Source: an uncultured delta proteobacterium
GTDB taxonomy: Bacteria; Desulfobacterota; Desulfomonilia; Desulfomonilales; Desulfomonilaceae
DNA: 64,000 nt
Reading direction: 5' to 3'
Assembly (NCBI GenBank): GCA_963760985.1
Contig: CAVXFM010000010.1
Span: 388,430 to 452,429, forward strand
The notes under the pieces were generated by a model. The model had not been told where the DNA came from. It ran no database searches and was given only the letters and a program-made list of their open reading frames with translations. Shown here in pieces: positions 47,436 through 57,396 of this stretch (position 1 is its first letter; the number at the start of each line of letters is the position of its first letter). Both the position numbers and the translations under genes were made by a program.

Positions 47436-49268
47436 ATGGCCGAGTTGAAGTTCCCGAGTCCCCACGAAGCAGAGCGTATTCCAGGAACGGAAGGTTGGGA
47501 GCGAATGTATCCCTACCATTACCAGTTCAGCACCGACAACCCGGATCGTAAGCACTACGAAGAGAACATGTTCTGGTTTTATGACGGGCTGCACTATCCG
47601 GAACCCATGTATCCCTTTGACATTATATGGGATGAAGCGTGGTTTCTGGCACTGTCACAGTTCAACACGCGTATCTTTATTGTGCCTCCCGCCATGGGAA
47701 TAGATCACCGTATTCACAACGGCTATATCTACATCACGCCATTGCCCGTCGCCGACCCGGCAGATATTCCCAAGAGGGCGGAACACTTCATGAAACGGGC
47801 TGGCTATTATTACCAGAACTGGGACAAGCTCCACGACAACTGGGAATCGAAGATGCGAGGGATCATCGCAGAACTCGCTGACCTGAAGATTCCTGTCCTA
47901 CCCGAAATGGAGGATGAGTCGGTCGTCCTGGAAGGGAAGGGCACGTCCACCGGTTATACGCTGCTCAATGCGTACGACAAGCTTATCGATCTGGGCATCT
48001 TGTGTTGGCAATACCACTTCGAGTTTCTGAATCTCGGATACGCTGCATACGTGGTGTTCGTGGACTTCTGCCAGAGAGTCTTCCCCGACATCCCGCTCCA
48101 GAAGATCACCCAGATGGTGGGCGGCATTGACGTCATCATCTACAGACCCGACCAGGAACTGAAGAAGCTTGCGAAACTGGCTATCGATCTCGGCGTAGAC
48201 GACATCGCCATGGCCGGAGAAGTGGATTCAGTGCTCGGAGCCATGGAAAAGTCCGAGAACGGCAAGAAATGGCTCCAGGCCTTCAACGCAGCCCGAGACC
48301 CGTGGTTCTATGTGTCCACAGGAACCGGCTGGTATCATCATGACAAATCCTGGAACGACGATCTTAACATTCCGCTGGACGCTATGCGCATCTACATCGA
48401 GAAGCTCCGTCAAGGAGCCAATATCGAGCGCCCCACCGCCAAAATCATCGAAGAGCGGGACAGACTGGCCACTGAATACCGGGCCTTGATCACGAGCGAA
48501 GAAGACCGGGCGACTTTCGACCAGTTGCTGGGAACGTCACGGACAGTCTTCCCCTATGTGGAGAACCACCTTTTCTACGTGGAGCATTGGTTCCACAGCC
48601 TCTTCTGGAACAAGATGCGTGAGGTGGCTGCCATTCTCGTAGAAAACAAGTTCATCGCGGAAGTGGAAGACGTCTGGTACCTCACGAGAGCGGAGATCAA
48701 GGATTGTCTCTGGGACGTGGTGACCGCATGGGCCACCGGAAGTAACCCTCGCGGACCTCTGGTATGGCCTAAAGAAGTTGCGTGGCGCAAGGGAGTGATG
48801 GACAAGTTCCGTGAGTGGACGCCACCGGATGGCATGGGCAAAGTCCCGGAAACCATTTCCGAACCCTTTACCATCGTGCTGTGGGGCATCACGTCCGAAT
48901 CGATGGCACACTGGGCCAAGCTGAAGACCGTGGCAGAGGGCGACCTCTCGAAGATTATCGGCTTCCCCGGATCGCCAGGAGTGGTGGAAGGTAAGGTTCG
49001 TGTGTGCCGCACGGTCAAGGAGATCGGCGAACTCAAAGAGGGCGAGATCCTCGTGGCGCCGACCACCTCACCAAGCTGGGCACCGGCATTCCAGAAAATT
49101 AAAGCAGCCATCACTGACGTCGGCGGCGTCATGTGTCACGCGGCCATTGTGTGTCGCGAATACGGCCTTCCTGCCATCGTGGGCACAGGTTCGGCAACCT
49201 CCAGACTGAAAACCGGCATGAAGATCAAATTGGACGGTTCCAAAGGGGAGATCAATATCCTCTCGTGA
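47436..49268 (+). CDS. ppsA: PEP-synthase-like protein with C-terminal PEP-utilising mobile His domain (phenylphosphate synthase PpsA-like)
   Basis: 610 aa. C-terminal phosphohistidine motif GGVMCHAAIVCREYGLPAIVGTG. Size and architecture match the roughly 70-kDa PpsA subunit. Confidence 0.7.
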   Translation: MAELKFPSPHEAERIPGTEGWERMYPYHYQFSTDNPDRKHYEENMFWFYDGLHYPEPMYPFDIIWDEAWFLALSQFNTRIFIVPPAMGIDHRIHNGYIYITPLPVADPADIPKRAEHFMKRAGYYYQNWDKLHDNWESKMRGIIAELADLKIPVLPEMEDESVVLEGKGTSTGYTLLNAYDKLIDLGILCWQYHFEFLNLGYAAYVVFVDFCQRVFPDIPLQKITQMVGGIDVIIYRPDQELKKLAKLAIDLGVDDIAMAGEVDSVLGAMEKSENGKKWLQAFNAARDPWFYVSTGTGWYHHDKSWNDDLNIPLDAMRIYIEKLRQGANIERPTAKIIEERDRLATEYRALITSEEDRATFDQLLGTSRTVFPYVENHLFYVEHWFHSLFWNKMREVAAILVENKFIAEVEDVWYLTRAEIKDCLWDVVTAWATGSNPRGPLVWPKEVAWRKGVMDKFREWTPPDGMGKVPETISEPFTIVLWGITSESMAHWAKLKTVAEGDLSKIIGFPGSPGVVEGKVRVCRTVKEIGELKEGEILVAPTTSPSWAPAFQKIKAAITDVGGVMCHAAIVCREYGLPAIVGTGSATSRLKTGMKIKLDGSKGEINILS

Positions 49269-49505
49269 CCCCTGAGTAACTGTCCCGCAACAGGTTTTTC
49301 AGGAAACCCGTATAAGACTCAACAAGACCGTCACCCTGGCGGGCCCCGGATCAGCATCCGAGGCCGCCGGGGTCCAGAAAACCCCAAAAGACATGGATTC
49401 CGGGGTGTACCGGAATGACGAACGCTGGACCACAGGATTCATAACCAAGGCTACCAATAGACTGGTCTATTTTGGGGACGGTCCCAAAGGATAGAGGCTT
49501 TTCCG

Positions 49506-50585
49506 ATGGAAATATCCAAGTATTTGATTCCATTCGAACAATGCGACATGACCATGGTCGACATTGTCGGCGGGAAATGTGCCAGCCTGGGAGAGTTACT
49601 GAGAGCCCAGATCCCCGTGCCTCCCGGATTTGCCATTACCACCGAGACGTACAAGCAGTTTCTCGCAGACAACGACCTGACAACGAAAGTCATCGACAGG
49701 CTCAAGGGCGTCAACGAGAGCATGAACGATGAGGTTGAACAGGCATCTGCCGACATCCGTGCATGGATTGAAGCCGGAACCATAAGCGAGGCTCTCGAGG
49801 ATATCATTGCGGATGAGTATCGGCTTCTTTCGCGTGTGGCCCGCACTCCTGCACTTCCCGTGGCAGTCCGTTCCTCGGCTACCGCGGAGGATCTGCCGGA
49901 CGCGAGCTTTGCCGGCCAGCAGGACACGTTCCTGTGGATCCGTGGAGTGGACGACCTCTTGGATCGAATTCGCAAGTGCTGGTCCAGTCTGTTTACCCCG
50001 CGAGCGATTTCTTACCGCACCAAAATGGGCTTCGACCACAGTCAGGTCTTTCTCAGCGTGGCAGTGCAGAAGATGGTTCGTTCCTTTACCGCGGGGGTAA
50101 TGTTCACTCTCAACCCGTCCACAGGGGATCCTTCCACGGTGGTCATCGACTCGAACTGGGGATACGGCGAAAGCGTCGTTTCCGGAGAAGTAACTCCCGA
50201 CCAGTTCCACGTGAACAAGATCACCCTGGAGGTTACCAAGAAGACCATTTCCGAGAAACAGATCTATTACACGACAGATCCTGCCACCGATCAGGTCATC
50301 AAAATCGAGCCGGAACCGCAACGGCGGGTCGCTCAGAGCTTGCTGGATATGGAGATCGTCGAACTCGCCAGGATCGCGAAAATCATTGAGAAGCACTACG
50401 GCAAACCGATGGACATCGAATGGGCAACGGAGAAATCCCTGCCGTTCAAAGGCGAGGTGTACATCCTTCAGAGCCGGCCCGAAACCGTGTGGAGCCGTAA
50501 AGTGGTCAAGCCGGTCATGGAGCCCAAGAAGAGCGCTTTGGAGCACATCGTCGCAGGTCTCATTAAAGGAAGAAAGGTCACCTGA
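49506..50585 (+). CDS. ppsB: PEP-synthase N-terminal ATP-grasp (PPDK_N) domain protein (phenylphosphate synthase PpsB-like)
   Basis: 359 aa. DIVGGKCASLGEL, SSATAEDLPDASFAGQQDTFL, and NWGYGESVVSGEVTPD are typical of the PPDK_N nucleotide-binding domain. Confidence 0.7.
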   Translation: MEISKYLIPFEQCDMTMVDIVGGKCASLGELLRAQIPVPPGFAITTETYKQFLADNDLTTKVIDRLKGVNESMNDEVEQASADIRAWIEAGTISEALEDIIADEYRLLSRVARTPALPVAVRSSATAEDLPDASFAGQQDTFLWIRGVDDLLDRIRKCWSSLFTPRAISYRTKMGFDHSQVFLSVAVQKMVRSFTAGVMFTLNPSTGDPSTVVIDSNWGYGESVVSGEVTPDQFHVNKITLEVTKKTISEKQIYYTTDPATDQVIKIEPEPQRRVAQSLLDMEIVELARIAKIIEKHYGKPMDIEWATEKSLPFKGEVYILQSRPETVWSRKVVKPVMEPKKSALEHIVAGLIKGRKVT

Positions 50586-50651
50586 AACGCCACCGCAACG
50601 AGCCAGAATCACATCTACCCGAAACGGAGACGCGAGGAGGAAGAAACCCAC

Positions 50652-52060
50652 ATGAAAGACATGAGAGATTTTATCAAAGCAGGAGAGGAACGGGGCTTGT
50701 GCAAACGAATTACCGCACAGGTCGACTGGAACCTGGAATTGTCGCATATCGCGAAACTCAACGAAGAGGCCTGCGGGCCCGCACTGCTATTTGAGAATGT
50801 GAAGGATTACAAGACCCCGGTCATCACCAGCGTGTGCACCACCACGGAACGGCTGGCCCTGATCATGGGGCAACCGCTCGACTCAACTCTGGTGGATCTT
50901 TACGAAGCCTGGGCAAAGTTGGGCGCAAATCTGATTCCGCCAAAATTTATCGACAAGGCCGGAGCCCCCTGCAAGCGAAAACATCCTCACCGGAGACCAG
51001 ATCGATCTATACAAATTCCCCGTTCCCCACTGGTATCCCAAGGACGGCGGACGTTATATGGGCACGGCCCACTTTGTCATCTCCAAGGACCCTGAGTCGG
51101 GCTGGGTCAACCTAGGCACGTACCGGGGCCAGCTTCTTGGGAAAAGACAAGATGGGGACCCAGTTCATCAAGGGCAAACACGCGGACATCATGTTGAAGA
51201 AATACCAGGCAATGGGCAAACCGATGCCCGTGGCCTCGATTATCGGATGCGATCCCCTCCTGTTTATTCTCGGGGCAGCGCGCGTGTCCGCTTTTGTATC
51301 CGAGTATGACGTGGCAGGCGCTCTCAGGGGAACACCAGTGGAAGTGGTGCAAGGAGAAACCGTCGACCTGCCCATCCCTGCCCATGCCGAGATCGTTATT
51401 GAAGGCGAAGTGGATGCGAACAAATTCATGGAAGAGGGACCGTTTGGCGAGTACACCGGCTATTACTCCGGCGTAGGCACGGACCCGCGGAATTTTATCG
51501 ATGTGAAATGCATCACTCACCGGGACAATCCGATTCTGTGGGGAACCACCGTCGGCCGTGCGGTGACGGACACGCACATGACCATGGCGCTTTCCTACGG
51601 AGCGACTCTCTGGCAGCAGCTCCTAGCCATGAAAATACCCGGTCTGAAAGCGGTGTACTGTCCTCCGGAGGGTTCTGGCAGGTTCCTCGCCATCATCTCC
51701 ATGAAGCAGATGTATCCGGGCCACGCTGACCAGGTGCTCACTGCCGCCATCTCCACGGAAATGGGTGCGTACGGCCTGAAAACAGTGATCGTGGTGGATG
51801 AAGACATAGATCCCTGGGACATTCCCCGAGTAATGTACGCGCTGAGTTTCAGGTTCCAGCCCAATCGTTCCCAGGTCATTAAACGGGGCCGGTCCACACC
51901 GCTGGATCCTTCCCTGCCCATCGACGCGAGGGACATCACGGGCAGACTACTCCTGGATGCCACCATACCCTATGACTGGAAAGAAAAACCGATTCCCATC
52001 GAATTGGATGCGAAGATGGTGGAAAGAGTCAAGGCCCGGTGGTCTGAACTGGGATTGTAA
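50652..52060 (+). CDS. UbiD-family prFMN-dependent (de)carboxylase (phenylphosphate carboxylase PpcB-like); two apparent frameshifts (about 50988 and 51141-51144)
   Basis: Three successive frames carry continuous UbiD homology. ORF 50652..51095 reads ...APCK. ORF 51058..51309 frame reads ENILTGDQIDLYKFPVPHWYPKDGGRYMGTAHFVISKDPESGWVNLGTYRGQLLGK. ORF 51137..52060 reads DKMGTQFIKGKH...EYTGYY...IVVDEDIDPWD. One extra C after AAG and an A4 versus A3 run explain the shifts. Confidence 0.75.
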
Positions 52061-52173
52061 GTGGGAAATCGGAAAAGGGAACCCGGAATTTTCTCTGCGG
52101 TTCCCACGCTCCGGAAGGGAACCGATGCCGGACGCTTCGCGTCGCACGACTCCGGACTGGCAAGGAGGCCTCA

Positions 52174-53835
52174 TTGAAACCGATTCGATACAAGAAAGAG
52201 ATGGTGGATGAATTCGTAAAGAATGGGTACTGGACCCAGGAGACCTTTTACGATTTCTGGGACAGAAACGCCCGTGAATATGGCGACAGAGAAGCCCTGG
52301 TCGATTCCAAGTACCGCCTGACTTGGGCCGAGGCAAAGCGTCTGGTAGATGCCATGGCTATTTCATGGGTAGAGATGGGGATTCCTCAGCATTCCCGCAT
52401 CATCGTCCAGTCTCCCAACAGCGTGTACGGATTTCTCTCCAGAATTGCCTGTGAAAGGGCCGGCCTGATCTCCTTGACGGTGTACCCTTACCTTCGGCAG
52501 AGGGAACTGGAATACATGGTCGAGCGGACCGAAGCGTCGGCCGTGATCATTGTCAATATCTACAACAAATTCAATTATCTGGAAATGTACGCAGGACTCC
52601 AGAAGCAGTTTCCTCATTTGAAGAACATCTTTCTCTTTGATGATGAAGTGCCCGATTCTGCTCCCCCGGGAACCTTCTCACTTACCCGCATCGTGAATGA
52701 GCGGGTCAAGAAGCCCGTGGACGAGGCTGTGCTTGCGGAAAGAAGACTTGATCCTCTGTTGAATGTGGCGCTGCTCACCACGACATCGGGAACCACAGGA
52801 ATTCCCAAGCTTGTGGAATGGCCCATCGCTCCCCGAGTCTGCACGTCCAAGGGCAGAGTGGATATCTGGAATCTTTCCAAGGACGACATTACCATGGCCA
52901 TAGCGCCTCATGCTGGTGGCGCGGCCGGAACACTCACGTATTTTGCCGCTCCGCTGGTTGGGGCAAAGACCGTCATGCTGGAGGAATTCTCTCCCGAAGG
53001 AGCCTTGGCCCTCATCGAAAAGGAAAAGGCAACAGCAATCGGTGTCGTGCCCACTCACCTGGTGAGAATGCTCAGCGTTGATGCCTCCAAGTATGATCTG
53101 AGTTCGCTTCGCTTTATCCGTTCAGCCGGCGGCTATCTTTCGCCGCAGATTGCCGAGGAGGCCGAGCAGGCTTTCGGCGCTTCCATAACCAGCGATCTGG
53201 GCACTCAGGACATGGGGTCAGTGTCCGGATGTCGTGTGGAGGATTCCAAGGACCTGCGCCGCAGGACAGTCGGACGCATGCTTCCGGGAAACCAGGTGCG
53301 TCTCATGGCTGAAGACGGCAAGAGTGAAGTTTCCGACGGAGACCCTGGAGTCCTCTTTTTCCGTGGGCCTCATGCGCCTGCCGGGTACTACCGCGACGAG
53401 GAACTTACTTCCACGGTCTTCGATCCCAACGGCTGGACCACCACTGGCGATATCGTCAAATTCGACCAGGGGTGTTTGTGGATACTGGGAAGGGCCAAGG
53501 ACATGATCATCAGGGGTGGCCAAAATATCTATCCCGCGGAGATCGAGGGACTTTTGAACGATCATCCCAAAGTGAGCACGGTTGCGGTGGTCGGATACCC
53601 GGATCGGGAAATGGGCGAGCGGGCATGTGCGTACGTCATTCCCAAGGCAGGCCAGGAATTCACGTTCAAGGAAATGGTCGATTTTCTGAAATCCAAGAAT
53701 ATCGCCATGTTCAAACTGCCTGAACGTCTGGAGGTGGTGCAGGAGTTGCCCACCGTGGGCGATTCCGGAAAAGTGAACAAAGAGACCCTGAAAAAAGAAA
53801 TCAGAGAAAAGGTGGCCGCGGAGGGCAAATCCTGA
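52174..53835 (+). CDS. AMP-forming acyl/aryl-CoA ligase (4-hydroxybenzoate/benzoate-CoA ligase-like)
   Basis: 553 aa. AMP-binding motif TTSGTTGIPK, TGDIVKFDQGCLWILGRAKDMIIRGGQNIYPAEIE and C-terminal Lys (GKVNK). Confidence 0.8.
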   Translation: MKPIRYKKEMVDEFVKNGYWTQETFYDFWDRNAREYGDREALVDSKYRLTWAEAKRLVDAMAISWVEMGIPQHSRIIVQSPNSVYGFLSRIACERAGLISLTVYPYLRQRELEYMVERTEASAVIIVNIYNKFNYLEMYAGLQKQFPHLKNIFLFDDEVPDSAPPGTFSLTRIVNERVKKPVDEAVLAERRLDPLLNVALLTTTSGTTGIPKLVEWPIAPRVCTSKGRVDIWNLSKDDITMAIAPHAGGAAGTLTYFAAPLVGAKTVMLEEFSPEGALALIEKEKATAIGVVPTHLVRMLSVDASKYDLSSLRFIRSAGGYLSPQIAEEAEQAFGASITSDLGTQDMGSVSGCRVEDSKDLRRRTVGRMLPGNQVRLMAEDGKSEVSDGDPGVLFFRGPHAPAGYYRDEELTSTVFDPNGWTTTGDIVKFDQGCLWILGRAKDMIIRGGQNIYPAEIEGLLNDHPKVSTVAVVGYPDREMGERACAYVIPKAGQEFTFKEMVDFLKSKNIAMFKLPERLEVVQELPTVGDSGKVNKETLKKEIREKVAAEGKS

Positions 53836-55075
53836 TGGAACGAGTCATCCTTGTCCTGTCCACCCTGGACACCAAAGGGCCGGAAACCTTGTACCTCCGG
53901 GATCGGATCCGACAGCATCGGGCCTTCCCGATGGTGTTGGATCTGAGCATGTCGTCCGCGAGCCCGGATGCAGACATCTCCTCAGCGGATGTGGCTCGAG
54001 CCGCGGGCACGGATATTGAGCAGATTTCGCGCATCACGGGAGCGCAAGCTGATCACTCGGCAAATGATTAACGGCGCGGTGAAACTCACGTTGGATCTCC
54101 TGCAATCCGGTCGTCTGGCCGGGGTAATCGGCCTGGGGGGTTCCACCGGGAAGTTTGATGGCCACCGACGTGATGCGTGCGTTGCCGTTTGGGGTTCCCA
54201 AACTCATGGTTTCTTCTACCGCTGCACTGCCGGGGCTTGCCACGCGGTACATCGCCACCGGGGATATTTCGATCCTGCACACCGTGATAGAGATCGCGGG
54301 CTTGAGCGTTCCTTTGCGCAACGTCCTGGATCGCGCGGCCGCGGCCATCGTAGGCATGGCCGAGGTTGAGCCTCTCACCGGGGAATCGCTGCGTTCGGAG
54401 GGCAAGCCGCTGGTGGCCATGTCCATGTTCGGGCCCACGGAGCATTGCGCTCATCACGTGCAGCAACGTCTGGAGCAAGAAGGATTCCAGGTGATCGGGT
54501 TTTCCGCGGCAGGGATGTGCGATCGGGCAATGGAAGACATGATCGGTATGCGATTCTTTGACGCAGTGGTGGATGTGGCGCCTGGAGGGGTGGGCGAGGA
54601 GGTCCTCGGCGGTATGCGGGCTGCAGGTCCGCAACGTCTCACCACCGCGGGCAAACTGGGCATCCCTCAGGTGGTGGCGCCTGGAGGGGTCAACCTCACC
54701 AGCCAGCGCAAGTCTCGGTACAAACCCGAGCACCACGAACGGAGAAAATACGAGCTGGATGAATTGCGGACATTCCTCAGAGTGTCTGACGAGGAGATGG
54801 AACAGATAGCCCGCGTCTTTGCGGAAAAGCTCAATCAAGCGACAGGACCCGTCATTTTCCTGTTCCCCACTCAGGGTTGGTCTGCGGTGGATCCTGTGTC
54901 GGGGCACATGTGCGACAGGGAGCAGGACCGCCTGTTTCTCAAGGTGTTGCGGGAAAATGCTGCCCCGCACGTGATCATCCGAGAGGTTGATGCGAACCTC
55001 GAGGACAAGGCCTTTGCCGAGGCCGTAGCGCATGCGTGCCTGGAGGTATTTCCCCGACCGCAACCACGGGCTTAA
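53835..55075 (+). CDS. second UPF0261 (Tm-1-like) paralogue; two apparent frameshifts (about 54040 and about 54160)
   Basis: ORF 53835..54071 (MERVILVLSTLDTKG...), ORF 53968..54369 frame (INGAVKLTLDLLQSGRLAGVIGLGGSTG) and ORF 54155..55075 (ALPFGVPKLMVSS...). Together they align end-to-end with the intact paralogue at 42724-43953. Confidence 0.65.
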
Positions 55076-55361
55076 TACCGGGGTCCTGTCGTGATTTTCT
55101 CATACTGGTGTGCGCCGATTCAGGCAGTAATGGCAGGCACGCGCCATGCCTCCCACGCGCAGCCAGACTGGACGTTTGCAGCGGAGGAGGCATGACGCTT
55201 GGCTTCCTTGCTTTTGCGCACACTGGTACAAGGCCCTTCTGACCGTACCGATGACGAACGCGGGTTGGTGTCTCAGTCAGGAGTCAGGCTTCGCACACAG
55301 GTAGCTCCCCCGCCAGGGTGGAGCTGCCCACATCATTAAATCCCGCGACAGGGAGGCTCTC

Positions 55362-56000
55362 ATGTTGGTAAAGAACTGGATGCTGCCGCAACAATATTCC
55401 ATTTCCAGCGATGCACTTGCTGTTGAGGCGGTGATGCTCATTCGTGAGCACAATCTGAAGATGCTTCCGGTGGTCGATCAAGGCAGGCTTCGCGGAGTTG
55501 TCCATCGCAGGGACCTCAGCGAAGCGGCTTACTGTGTCAGTGGGAGCGGCGATCTCTGTGAAATGAACTATTTCTGCAATAAGCTCAAAGTCAAGGACGT
55601 GATGGTCCGCATGCCCGTAACCGTGTCAGTGGACGACACGGTGGACGACACACTCATCAAAGGCAGAGACTTGCTGATGAGCACCTTTCCCGTAATGGAC
55701 GGCGAAAAAGTTGTGGGCGTGGTGTCGGACCGTGAAATATTCGTGACCCTGTTCAAACTCCTGGAAGCGGGAGCGGAGCGCACCAGGTTTACCTTGAGCG
55801 ACGTGACTCTCGAAAAAGGAACTCTCTCGAACATCCTGCGTATCGTGGACGAGAACGGTGCGGTGGCTCATGCGATCTTTACCGTTCCCAACGGGAAGAA
55901 CGGCCATTGTCGGGTGGTGTTGCGATTGCAGGCGGACAACCCGGAAGCGATCAGGCAAGCGCTCAGTGACGCAGGGTTCACCATACTTGAGTATTCTTGA
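55362..56000 (+). CDS. CBS-pair protein with C-terminal ACT-like region (PpsC-like stimulatory subunit candidate)
   Basis: 212 aa, two CBS motifs (MLPVVDQGRLRGVVHRRDL and TFPVMDGEKVVGVVSDREI). About 24 kDa. Confidence 0.65.
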   Translation: MLVKNWMLPQQYSISSDALAVEAVMLIREHNLKMLPVVDQGRLRGVVHRRDLSEAAYCVSGSGDLCEMNYFCNKLKVKDVMVRMPVTVSVDDTVDDTLIKGRDLLMSTFPVMDGEKVVGVVSDREIFVTLFKLLEAGAERTRFTLSDVTLEKGTLSNILRIVDENGAVAHAIFTVPNGKNGHCRVVLRLQADNPEAIRQALSDAGFTILEYS

Positions 56001-56087
56001 CAGAACGGATTTTCTCGCTCCCTGTGACCACTGGGAGCGAAGGCTTCCCCAGACTTCGGTGCGTGCTCGCTTCGCGTCTCTCATTCC

Positions 56088-56186
56088 GATTCGCTTTCAC
56101 ACGCGTAGCATTGCAGGGCTGGAGATCTCCTGAGCGAAGTGACGAGACGGCTCCGCGTCGTTCGTAACGAACGCGGGGCCCCAGCC
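56088..56186 (+). repeat. intergenic repeat of about 100 nt, copy A (full-length)
   Basis: CGATTCGCTTTCACACGCGTAGCATTGCAGGGCTGGAGATCTCCTGAGCGAAGTGACGAGACGGCTCCGCGTCGTTCGTAACGAACGCGGGGCCCCAGCC. Internal palindrome CGTTCG-TAA-CGAACG. Terminal inverted GGGCTGG...CCAGCCC. Confidence 0.55.
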
Positions 56187-56243
56187 CGTAGCCTGCGCCA
56201 AGTGGGAACGGCCAAAGCGGATGGGCATCAGGTACCGACCGTG

Positions 56244-57396
56244 TTACGTTCCTGACTGGTGGTTTTGTGTGTCCGGGACCGTGGTCAAGTCTATCTGGAA
56301 TTCCTTCTTTCCTCTCAGCACCTTCAGGTGCACGGTTTCCCCCACATTCTTCTGAAGAATAAGATTGTTGAAATCATCGTACGTCGGTGTGGCCTTTCCA
56401 TCTACCGACAGGATCACGTCTCCACCAAGCACGATCGGCCTGCCCATATAGAAACGCGCGGCGGTCTCCGCCTCGAAGGCCCGCTTTTGCGGCAGGACTG
56501 CCAGGTGCTATGTCGTATATGAGCACTCCGTTGACCGGCGGAAGACCCATCTGGCGGGAGAGCGCGGGGTCAATGTTCATCATAGGGAGGATCCCCGTCC
56601 ACGGGTAAATAGCTCTGCCCCATTTTATCAGTTGCGCGGAAATCTTCTTGACCCTGTTAATGGGCAAGGCAAGGCCTATTCCCATGAAGCCGCCCGACTG
56701 AGTGTAAATGGCAGTGTTCACCGCGATGACCTCTCCACGCGAATCGATCAACGGGCCACCGCTATTGCCGGGGTTGATCGCTGCATCGGTTTGAATCATA
56801 CCCATCATGGTTCTGTTGCCGATGGTGAGGTCACGATGGAGTGCGCTCAGGAATCCAGCGGTTACCGTGTGTTGAAATCCGAAAGGATTGCCGATGGCAA
56901 TGACCCGCTGTCCCACGGAAAGATTGTTGGAGTCGCCCAGGGGAGCGACGGCCATGCCCGAGAACGAATCCACCTTGATCACCGCCAGATCGCTTACCGG
57001 GTCTCGCGCTACGAGCTTGGCCTGGACCTTACGATCGCCGACAAAAGTGACCTCCAGCTTTTCCGCGTTGGCCACCACGTGGTTATTCGTCACGATGTGC
57101 CCATCCGCGTCGATCACGAAACCGGTGCCCTGCCCAACCTGAGGCACTGCCTGCATCCAGAAATTGAGCGTAAGGCTCGTGGCCACTATGTTCACCACCG
57201 CGGGGCTAAGTTGCTGATACACCCGCATCACCACAGCCTCGCCGGATTCCAGCGCCTGGTCCTTCAGGGGTGGCGGCTTCACCACTACCACTGCGGGCTG
57301 CCGCTTAAGCCACATACCCACGGCAGCTCCGCCGACGAATATGATTAAGAGCGTTATTGCTACGGGCCACTTGCGAGAAGAAGTCATTGATACCAT
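56244..57396 (-). CDS. periplasmic serine protease DegP/HtrA-like (trypsin domain plus PDZ); apparent frameshift near 56440-56470
   Basis: TM/signal anchor and catalytic triad context (TNNHVV, DLAVIKV, GNSGGPL). PDZ start (GSPAAKAGLRGGD) lies in ORF 56374..57396. The PDZ remainder (VILSVDGKATPTYDDFNNLI...) lies in ORF 56244..56447 in another frame. Confidence 0.75.
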
